A stretch of DNA of 24,000 nucleotides. Source: Bdellovibrio sp. (GTDB lineage: Bacteria; Bdellovibrionota; Bdellovibrionia; Bdellovibrionales; Bdellovibrionaceae). The notes beneath the pieces are model-generated. The model was not told the DNA's origin. It worked only from the letters and a program-made list of their open reading frames with translations, and searched no databases. Within the stretch, counting starts at the first letter, position 1. Each line of letters opens with the position of its first letter. This document shows positions 16,760 to 24,000 of this stretch, piece after piece. Position numbers and translations under genes: made by a program. The stretch covers positions 616,137 to 640,136 of the forward strand of contig JAKFBS010000001.1 in the NCBI GenBank assembly GCA_036677065.1. Reading direction: 5' to 3'.

Positions 16760-17116
16760 ATGGCGAAACTTTATAAAATACAACACGGTGATAAAGCCGA
16801 GCTTCTGATTGAAAATCTAGAGCTGGCCGAATCATTTTTTGCCCGTGGTAAAGGTTTGCTTGGCAGAAAATCTTTAGCGATTAATAACGCGCTTTGGATC
16901 AAACCCTGCAACAACATTCATACCTGCTTTATGAATTTTTCTATTGATTGTATTTTCGTAAATAAAAAAATGGAAATTGAAAAAATCGTTTCAGGTGTAA
17001 AGCCCTATAAGATTGTTGGTCCATATTGGAAATCGGCTTCAGTTTTTGAAACTGCAGCAGGATGCGCGCAAAAATGGAACCTTCAGGTAGGAGATCAGTT
17101 ATATGTGGTCAGTTAG
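16760..17116 (+). CDS. DUF192 family protein
   Basis: FFARGKGLLGRKSL...ALWIKPCNNIHTCFMNFSIDCIFVNKKMEIEKIV...KIVGPYWKSASVFETAAG. Confidence 0.85.
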   Translation: MAKLYKIQHGDKAELLIENLELAESFFARGKGLLGRKSLAINNALWIKPCNNIHTCFMNFSIDCIFVNKKMEIEKIVSGVKPYKIVGPYWKSASVFETAAGCAQKWNLQVGDQLYVVS

Positions 17117-18770
17117 AGTATTGTCCGGTCCACAAACCGGACAGATCTTTGATTTAAAAATGGGTAAAAACCTGCTAGGTCGGGGAATGAACTGTGATTT
17201 TAAAATCACCTCGGGTGGTATTTCTAAAGACCACTGCGAAATTCACGTTTATAAAGATAAAGTGATCGTGGTTGATTTAAAATCAAGTAACGGAACCTTC
17301 GTAAATGGTGTAAAAATTCAAAATTCGATTATTAAACTGGGTGATAAAGTCAGCGTGTTCGATGTGATTATGGATGTGATTCCGTCTCCGGATATTCGTC
17401 CAAAACCAACAGCAGCACCTCGTCCGGTCGCATTGCGTCCGCGACCAGCACCGCAACCACAACGCCAAATGCCTCCACAAATGTACAACCAGCAACCTCC
17501 GGCATATCCAATGCAAGGCGGAGCTGCGATGCAAGCGCAAATGTATCAACAACCACTGAATGGAGTTCCGCCACAACAAAATAATTTTGGTGCGGCTATA
17601 GAAATGCCAAAAACTTTTGGCGAGCGCATTGATGAGTACATGGAAAATGTAGTGATGCCGGTATTTTATAAAATGTCGGTGGTGTTTCCATTTAAACAAG
17701 TTTTATTAGGAATGATGATTCTATTTGTCGTGTTCGTGACGATAGCTTCGATGTTTCCGTTAACGACAATTTTACGCGAATCTAATTTTAATGAAGCCGC
17801 AAAACGAGCAAAAAGTGTGGCGCGTGCGATGGCACGTATTAATGAACAGGCTTTATTATCCGGACAAATTAATAACCTAAATGTGAGCGAAGCATTAAAA
17901 GAAGATGGCATTAAAGAAGCTATCATTATTATGCAATCAGATGGTTCGGTGGTTGCTCCGACTGAAAAAGTCGGTCGTGATATGTCGAAATCTTTTGTGA
18001 TTCAAGCACGTAAAGAACCGCGTGCTCATGCTGCCCCTGTTGATGACAATACCATTGGTGCAAGTCATCCGATTGCAGCTTATGATCCATTATCAGGTGA
18101 AACTACTGTTAAATATGTAGCGATTGTCTTTTATGATATCAGCTCATTAAATGTGGACGATGGCCGTGTGATCAGTTTATTTATGCAAACGCTAGTGATC
18201 TCGGCGTTATTTGGCATTGGATTATATTTATTGTTCTCGCGTTTAATCGAATTTCCAATTCGTCAGTTGAACAAACAAATTGATACGGCCTTACGTGAAA
18301 AGTCAGATCGCACAGAAGTGGCTTTTGATTACCCTGAATTACAAAAAGCTGTGGCCAACGTAAACCTGCTTTTAAATCGTATGTGGAATGGTTTGAGTGA
18401 TTCTGAAACTATTAAACCAAGTCAAAATCGCGATGTCGAATTTTCACAAATGGTGAATATGTTAACTCAGCCTGCAGCAGTCATTTCTGCAAATGGGTCA
18501 ATTACTTCGTGTAATCATCAATTTGCAACTTTGGTGCAAACTGTACCTGAAGCTTTAATAGCGCAAAGTTATATGACAATTACCGATCAAGCGATGGTAC
18601 AGAATTTAGAAAGTTTAATGAGCCGAGCGCGCGAATTAGTTTATGAAACGCATCGAGATAAAATTCCGTTTTCTCAGTTTGAGTGTGAAATATTCTTGCA
18701 GGCGTTTTTAGACAGTGCCGGCGCACCAGAATACTTTTTTGTAAGTTTAACCAAGGTGAATGAGGAGTAA
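17103..18770 (+). CDS. FHA domain / two-TM sensor / possible HAMP / PAS-like protein lacking a kinase
   Basis: N-terminal FHA (LLGRGMNCDFKI...GGISKDHCEIH...DLKSSNGTFVNG); Pro/Gln-rich linker; TM at LLGMMILFVVFVTIASMF and ISLFMQTLVISALFGIGLYLLF; PAS-like LTQPAAVISANGSITSCNHQFATLV. Confidence 0.85.
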   Translation: MWSVRVLSGPQTGQIFDLKMGKNLLGRGMNCDFKITSGGISKDHCEIHVYKDKVIVVDLKSSNGTFVNGVKIQNSIIKLGDKVSVFDVIMDVIPSPDIRPKPTAAPRPVALRPRPAPQPQRQMPPQMYNQQPPAYPMQGGAAMQAQMYQQPLNGVPPQQNNFGAAIEMPKTFGERIDEYMENVVMPVFYKMSVVFPFKQVLLGMMILFVVFVTIASMFPLTTILRESNFNEAAKRAKSVARAMARINEQALLSGQINNLNVSEALKEDGIKEAIIIMQSDGSVVAPTEKVGRDMSKSFVIQARKEPRAHAAPVDDNTIGASHPIAAYDPLSGETTVKYVAIVFYDISSLNVDDGRVISLFMQTLVISALFGIGLYLLFSRLIEFPIRQLNKQIDTALREKSDRTEVAFDYPELQKAVANVNLLLNRMWNGLSDSETIKPSQNRDVEFSQMVNMLTQPAAVISANGSITSCNHQFATLVQTVPEALIAQSYMTITDQAMVQNLESLMSRARELVYETHRDKIPFSQFECEIFLQAFLDSAGAPEYFFVSLTKVNEE

Positions 18771-18778
18771 AGCACTAG

Positions 18779-20002
18779 ATGTCGACGGCTGAAAAGCTTA
18801 ACCCCGCAGTTCAAATTAAATTGAAAGTGCTGAAAGGACCGCATGAAGGGCAGTCTTTTCACCTTGCAAAGAGCTCGTTTACTTTAGGACGTGGTCCTGA
18901 GAACGAGGTCGTTTTAATTAATGATCCGCAGATCAGTCGTCAGCATGCGCGTTTACAAGTGGTTGGCCAAGATATCGAAATTATCAATTTAAGTAAAAAA
19001 AATAAAGTGATGGTGGGATCAGAAGAAATCCAAAAATGGAAACTGATCAACGATTCTACTTTTGTTATCGGTGATACAGAACTTCAAATTGCTTTTGAAA
19101 TTGAAAAAATCACCCCCGTAGCGCCGCTACCGCAATTAGTGCCTATGAGCAATTTGCCAGCGTTGCCAACACCGCCAGTAGACGGTGGAGCGCCAGCTCC
19201 GATTCCTGCGCCGCAAGCAAAAGCACCAAAAATAAAACAACAACCGGCTCAGCGAAAGCCAATGTCTGCGCCCGCAATGCGCCAACAAGCGCCGGCGCAA
19301 AGACAACAGCAAATGCAAGCACGTGGTGCGATGGCTCCGGGACGACCGATGCAACCACAAATGCAAAGACCAATGCAGCCGCAACAACAAAATGCGCAGG
19401 CAAATTTAGGTTATGCAAAACCACAGCAAGCAAGTGCGGGATTTTTTGCAAATCCAAAAGTTCGATTTTATTTAATCGTAGGCATAGCGGTCTTTAGTCT
19501 AGTTTATTGGCTGAATATGGAAGAGCCCAAAAAAGCTCAATCTACAGAGATTAAGTCGACTTTAAAATATGAAGATGAATATCTTCTTAAACAAAATTCG
19601 GTCACTGAAAAAGAGCTAGACCTGAAACGTAAAAACCAATTGGAGCAAAAGAACTCGCCGACCAATTTACGTATCCAAGAGAACTTTCAAAAAGGAATGC
19701 GTGATTTTCAGTTAGGCAATTACACTCGCTCCCTAGACTTTTTTCAGGTTGTTCTGAACTTAGATTCAAGCCATGTCATGGCCCGTAGGCATTTATATTT
19801 AGCAAAAATCCGCTTCGATGAAATCGTAAAAGCGAAATTAGCACTTGGAGAAAGTTATTATCAGAAGCATAATTTTAAAATGTGCCTGGCTAATTACCAG
19901 CAAGTTTTGACTATGCTTCAGGGTAAAAACAACGACCAAAGTTACCAAACAGCCCAAAGCATGTCAGAAAAGTGTCAACTGGCAGCTGAGGGAATTCGTT
20001 AA
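18779..20002 (+). CDS. FHA domain, TM and TPR-like protein
   Basis: FHA: FTLGRGPENEVVLINDPQISRQHARLQV; Pro/Gln/Met-rich linker; TM FYLIVGIAVFSLVYWL; C-terminal TPR-like FQKGMRDFQLGNYTRSLDFFQVVLNLDSSHVMARRHLYLAK. Confidence 0.87.
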   Translation: MSTAEKLNPAVQIKLKVLKGPHEGQSFHLAKSSFTLGRGPENEVVLINDPQISRQHARLQVVGQDIEIINLSKKNKVMVGSEEIQKWKLINDSTFVIGDTELQIAFEIEKITPVAPLPQLVPMSNLPALPTPPVDGGAPAPIPAPQAKAPKIKQQPAQRKPMSAPAMRQQAPAQRQQQMQARGAMAPGRPMQPQMQRPMQPQQQNAQANLGYAKPQQASAGFFANPKVRFYLIVGIAVFSLVYWLNMEEPKKAQSTEIKSTLKYEDEYLLKQNSVTEKELDLKRKNQLEQKNSPTNLRIQENFQKGMRDFQLGNYTRSLDFFQVVLNLDSSHVMARRHLYLAKIRFDEIVKAKLALGESYYQKHNFKMCLANYQQVLTMLQGKNNDQSYQTAQSMSEKCQLAAEGIR

Positions 20003-20004
20003 AT

Positions 20005-22086
20005 ATGTCGAGACTGAAAGTTATATTAAGGGGAGCACAGATCAGTGACTTAAACCTTAGCCCCGATCGTGAATACGTCGGTGGCCGTAAGGAAAGTTGT
20101 GATATCCGTTTGCAACCTGAAAAAGGAATCTCGCGCGAACATTTCAAATTAAAATTTGAAGAAGGCCGTTGGGTATTAACTTCGCTCTCGCGATTTGGCG
20201 AAATCTTTTCTTTAGGGCAAAGAGTTGAATCAACTCCGCTTGAGCATGGCCAGGTTTTTCAGATTCCCCCGTATGAATTCACTTTAAGCGATATACCGGA
20301 TTCACAGAGTGATAGCGTCAATGCGAACGAAATGCCAGAGGCTGGCGAAAACGAACGTACGGTTATTGGCGTAGCCCAGCAGGTTCCGTATATCAAAATG
20401 ATGTCTTCAGATGGCGCTGTTCGAGAAATGCTTCGTTTAGAAGTAGGCGATGTCTGGGCTGCTGGCCGCGATCCATCATGCCAAATTATTATTCCTGATC
20501 AACGCGTAAGTCGTCGTCAATTTGAAGTTAGAAAAATTAATGGTATTTACACGATCATCGATTTAACCAGTGTGAACGGAACCTTCTTAAATGGTTCACC
20601 CATTTCAAGCACTGATCCCCAGCCATTAAAATCCGGTGATGCGATCACAGTTCTTGATAACACAATGTACTTCGAACTTCATGATCCAAACTTTCAATAC
20701 CGTATGGAACGCATTGAAGTTCCACCATTGCAAATGGCCGGTGCTGCAGGCCTGGACGATCTTGAAGAAATTGGTCTTGATGAAATTCCACTAGAAGAAG
20801 AACAATACGATCCGAATCAGGATATGAATTACCCGCAAGAAATTGATCAAGGTTATTACCAAGATCAGTTAAATCCGGATGGCAGCCCCTTTACGGGAAT
20901 GCCGCAGGAACAAATGCAGGGTGATTACTACAACATGCAACAGGGTGAACAAGCTTCTGAGCAACAAGGCCCACCGCCAACACCAATTGTTCAGGCCTGG
21001 AACAGATTTAAAAATAACAAACCCGTTTTCTTTTCAGTGATCGCTTTATTTTTGGTCGGCATGTATTTTTTAAGTGATATGATGAATGCGCCAGCGCCGC
21101 AAAAGAGCGGTCAGCAACAGGCTTTTAATCCGGATGATCCATTGTCACGCTTAAAACCAGAAGAGCGTGAAAATGTTAATCTGTGGTATAACAATGCTGA
21201 AAAAGCCCTTCGTCAGCAGGCGTTCACTATTGCTAAAGAAAACTTAGATAATATTCATAAGCTAATGCCATTGGGATATAAAGATTCAAAACTTTATGAA
21301 GCTGAAGCTTTAAATGGTGAACAAACTTTATTAACTCAGCAAGAAACAGAACGTCGCGAAAAAGAACAGGCTGAATTACAGGCCCTGATCAAGGCCACAT
21401 TAGAAAAATGTGAAAAGGCCATTGTGCCTGAAACCACTCCGGAAGGTTTGCAAGATTGCTTAGCGCCGGTGACAATCAATGATCCGACAAATGCAGACGC
21501 CGAAAGAATGTTAATGCAGGTTAGAAAAACAATTTCTGACCGCTTAGCTAAAGAAGAAGCAGAACGTGTGGCAAAAAATCAGCGCGAAGAATTGAAAGAA
21601 ATTTTTGAACGCGCAGAAAAAGTTCATGAAACTGGTTTTCCGAAAAAAGCCATTAAAGCTTACCGCGAAGTTATTGATAGTGATCTTCCGGATCCAGATG
21701 GATTAAAAGACACGGCGGCACTGCGAATTAAATTTATACAAAAAAAGTTAGAAGAACGTAATGCTAATAATATTTCAAGTGCTGAGCTTTATTTAAAAGA
21801 CGGTAAATTTAAAGAAGGCATCATGGCTTTGCGAGCGGCTTTGCAATTTGATCCCGATAATCAAACGATCAAAGATAAAATCGAACGTTACTCAAATGAT
21901 TTACGCAATCAGGTGAAGGTGATGTACCAAGAGTCAATCATCGATGAAAATTTTGGTTATGTAGATGGCTCTGATACCCGCCCGGGTGCAAAAGATAAAT
22001 GGAAAAAAATTATCGATATAGATTTAGAAGACGGCGATTATTACCGTAAGGCCTTCATTAAGTTAAAACGCTATGGAGTATTATAA
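20005..22086 (+). CDS. Tandem FHA domain, TM and TPR protein
   Basis: FHA1 around GISREHFKLKFEEGRWVLTSL; FHA2 AAGRDPSCQIIIPDQRVSRRQFEV...DLTSVNGTFLNG; TM FFSVIALFLVGMYFL; TPRs such as AELYLKDGKFKEGIMALRAALQFDPDNQTIKDKI. Confidence 0.9.
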   Translation: MSRLKVILRGAQISDLNLSPDREYVGGRKESCDIRLQPEKGISREHFKLKFEEGRWVLTSLSRFGEIFSLGQRVESTPLEHGQVFQIPPYEFTLSDIPDSQSDSVNANEMPEAGENERTVIGVAQQVPYIKMMSSDGAVREMLRLEVGDVWAAGRDPSCQIIIPDQRVSRRQFEVRKINGIYTIIDLTSVNGTFLNGSPISSTDPQPLKSGDAITVLDNTMYFELHDPNFQYRMERIEVPPLQMAGAAGLDDLEEIGLDEIPLEEEQYDPNQDMNYPQEIDQGYYQDQLNPDGSPFTGMPQEQMQGDYYNMQQGEQASEQQGPPPTPIVQAWNRFKNNKPVFFSVIALFLVGMYFLSDMMNAPAPQKSGQQQAFNPDDPLSRLKPEERENVNLWYNNAEKALRQQAFTIAKENLDNIHKLMPLGYKDSKLYEAEALNGEQTLLTQQETERREKEQAELQALIKATLEKCEKAIVPETTPEGLQDCLAPVTINDPTNADAERMLMQVRKTISDRLAKEEAERVAKNQREELKEIFERAEKVHETGFPKKAIKAYREVIDSDLPDPDGLKDTAALRIKFIQKKLEERNANNISSAELYLKDGKFKEGIMALRAALQFDPDNQTIKDKIERYSNDLRNQVKVMYQESIIDENFGYVDGSDTRPGAKDKWKKIIDIDLEDGDYYRKAFIKLKRYGVL

Positions 22087-22088
22087 TC

Positions 22089-22667
22089 GTGAAATCAAAA
22101 ATTAATTCGCATAACGGCGATCAAAAGTTTCCCCAAACCAAATTACACAGTTTGTTAAATGATAATTTACTGATTTGCATTCGTTTGTGGAGTGGCCCAG
22201 AGGCCGAACAAAAAGCCGTTGATGAAATTTCAAGATATCTTTCTGCGGCTGATGCAGACTTAGAAGTGACAACGCCCTTTGATTATATTGAAAGCTTATC
22301 TTCATTATCAAATAAAGTGCGTGTAGCTTTGTTGTTGGCCAACGAAGCCATTTATTTAGATAATAAAGAAAGATATACCCAAGGCTATGAAATCGCGATT
22401 TGTTACAAGCATAACAAAGAAATCAGTATCGGATCGGTGGGCCGTTTTGCATTTACTGCAGAAAAAAAAGATAAAAACTTTACCATATTTGAATCAGGTG
22501 CATTTTTAGATGATTTAGTGTTATTACCCACAGATTTATTGGGCATCGAACGCGAAGTAGATATTAAATGCACTTCGGTTTCTACGCGTGATTTAGAGGC
22601 TATCCAAATTAGCTCAACGTTTGACGAAAACACTTATTGGCAAGCGCATCTTAATCAATTCGATTAG
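22089..22667 (+). CDS. Unknown conserved-looking protein at the end of the FHA operon
   Basis: 192 aa, start codon 2 nt after the preceding stop; RVALLLANEAIYLDN...GYEIAICYKHNKEISIGSVGRFAF...VLLPTDLLGIE. Confidence 0.7.
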   Translation: MKSKINSHNGDQKFPQTKLHSLLNDNLLICIRLWSGPEAEQKAVDEISRYLSAADADLEVTTPFDYIESLSSLSNKVRVALLLANEAIYLDNKERYTQGYEIAICYKHNKEISIGSVGRFAFTAEKKDKNFTIFESGAFLDDLVLLPTDLLGIEREVDIKCTSVSTRDLEAIQISSTFDENTYWQAHLNQFD

Positions 22668-22680
22668 CGTTAACTTAATA

Positions 22681-24000
22681 TTACAAAACAAAAATTGGAT
22701 CGACAAAAATCAATGGATGATACCAAACTTTATTAGGCTGGTATAAACCCCACATGTTTTCTAAAGCCAGATTCCAAATCGCGATTTTAATTTCTTCAAA
22801 ATATTTTTTACGACTTAACTCATAAGTTAGTTTTGCTTTTTCAGGGCTTAAATCAAATAGACTTGCGTGTTTAAACTTTAAATAGTCGACGAATAAACTA
22901 TCATGACAAGATTTTAGCTGTGAAAGGCTTGTTGGTGGTTTGCTGATCAGATTTAAACACCCCGAATAGGCCATATCTAGTTTTGTCAGATCTAATTTGT
23001 CGATCTGTTTATTTTTAAGCTGCTGATTTAACCAGTACAGATAAAGTGGATGGTTTTCAGAAATTTTTAACGAGAAAAATTCAGCAGCAGGTAAAGTGTT
23101 TTTTAAATAATCCCGGGCGATCGTAGAGCCATTGTCTTCAATGGGAGTAATGCTCGTCATAAATAAACGACGGATGCTTGGAATATCCTGCTCGGTATTT
23201 TTTTTGTTGTTAAGGTTAACGACTTCAAAACGGTCGGTCGCTAAATTAAAAATTTCGGTTTCTTCTTTGCGATCTATAACCAGCAATGTCGGACTAATAA
23301 TCGCAAAGTTTAATTGTAAGGGTGATTTGATCCATGTATTAGAGGCTTCAACCAACAGCTGGCGAGTGCCGGCGATGCTGTCAGAGGCCTCACTGTAAAA
23401 TTGACTGAGGTTTAACACTGGAAATCCATCAAGCGTTGAAGGTTCGTCAGACTCGAAGAAATGCTTAAGTGTATAACCTATGTCGGCCAGACTTATGGGG
23501 ATGTCATTCTTCCACGAAATACCTTCATCGCCTTGCATGCGTGGAGGTTTGATTAAAAGTGACACAAGCGTATTTTCAGAATGTAAATTTAAAAAAGCAG
23601 TTTCATTTAGGCGGTTATAATTATTGCTGCCGCGCAAACCTACAACGTAAACGTAAGTTTTATCCCAAATGCCGCGATCTTTTAGTTCAGTGATAAAGTT
23701 AAAGAGTTTTTCGTCTAATCTTTCAAGGTTAGTTGATGTCGTATCAAGTTCATTTAAAGCCTCGATTTCAGAATTGGTAATAACCGCAAAAAATGGGGTT
23801 GAGTCTTCTTTTTGCCAATCTAAAAAGCTTTCTGAAGTGGTTTTGAAATCTTTAATAATTTGGTTTGAATATTGAGCGGCTGCTGAATCGTCGAAGGTAT
23901 CAAAGTATTTCGATAAGCCAGTCTTTTTAAGTACATGCGGGTTGCCAGCGAAAAACCCAGTGCGATAACTTTTGTGATACGCAGCCTCTTGTGCGGTTTT
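22681..24000 (-). CDS. Sulfatase / alkaline-phosphatase-superfamily-like protein, probably catalytically degenerate (5' end outside window)
   Basis: The frame stays open past the listed TTG start at 23637 to the window edge: ...YRTGFFAGNPHVLKKTGLSKYFDTFDD...FLDWQKEDSTPFFAVITNSEIEALNELDTTSTNLERLDEKLFNFITELKDRGIWDKTYVYVVGLRG...LHSENTLVSLLIKPPR. Confidence 0.6.
   Translation of the reverse strand, partial: KTAQEAAYHKSYRTGFFAGNPHVLKKTGLSKYFDTFDDSAAAQYSNQIIKDFKTTSESFLDWQKEDSTPFFAVITNSEIEALNELDTTSTNLERLDEKLFNFITELKDRGIWDKTYVYVVGLRGSNNYNRLNETAFLNLHSENTLVSLLIKPPRMQGDEGISWKNDIPISLADIGYTLKHFFESDEPSTLDGFPVLNLSQFYSEASDSIAGTRQLLVEASNTWIKSPLQLNFAIISPTLLVIDRKEETEIFNLATDRFEVVNLNNKKNTEQDIPSIRRLFMTSITPIEDNGSTIARDYLKNTLPAAEFFSLKISENHPLYLYWLNQQLKNKQIDKLDLTKLDMAYSGCLNLISKPPTSLSQLKSCHDSLFVDYLKFKHASLFDLSPEKAKLTYELSRKKYFEEIKIAIWNLALENMWGLYQPNKVWYHPLIFVDPIFVL

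Noticed and set aside
17400-17610. Possible DNA repeat array (CAACCA/GCACCG-like repeats)
   Set aside because: Explained by codon usage in the Pro/Gln-rich protein linker; no regular repeat unit or spacer structure.
17283-17699. 138-aa - strand ORF (and the 68-aa ORF 17368-17574)
   Set aside because: Antisense shadow of the Pro/Gln-rich FHA linker; composition bias removes stop codons and there is no convincing start region.
19136-19457. Two overlapping - strand ORFs of 84 and 104 aa
   Set aside because: Same cause: antisense of a Gln/Met/Pro/Ala-rich linker in a clearly coding + strand gene.
23669-23875. 68-aa - strand ORF near the right edge
   Set aside because: Lies in a different frame from the continuous sulfatase-like frame, which covers the same bases to the window edge.

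Overview
The window reads as chromosomal DNA of a Bdellovibrio-like bacterium; this is an inference from gene content, with no database check. Recognisable features are: an isopenicillin-N-synthase-like oxygenase (truncated at the left edge); a tandem pair of secreted five-Cys proteins; several exported proteins of unknown function; an MFS / rhodanese / valS operon; a beta-barrel-like outer-membrane candidate; a lipoprotein; and a divIVA / proC / Maf-YggS fusion block. Divergent from that block is a tightly packed operon: TadC, DUF192, FHA-TM-sensor-PAS, FHA-TM-TPR, FHA-FHA-TM-TPR and an unknown. A degenerate sulfatase-like protein runs off the right edge. The places most worth a second look are: (1) an intergenic-looking locus at about 11700-12281 with small ORFs and dense inverted repeats, including two terminator-like hairpins inside an 83-aa ORF; (2) the TadC-led FHA operon with no visible kinase; (3) the Maf-YggS fusion; (4) a 23-aa hydrophobic micro-ORF whose stop codon lies in a palindrome; (5) the sulfatase-fold protein that seems to lack the metal-binding motif. 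No tRNA, rRNA, CRISPR or transposase was recognised.
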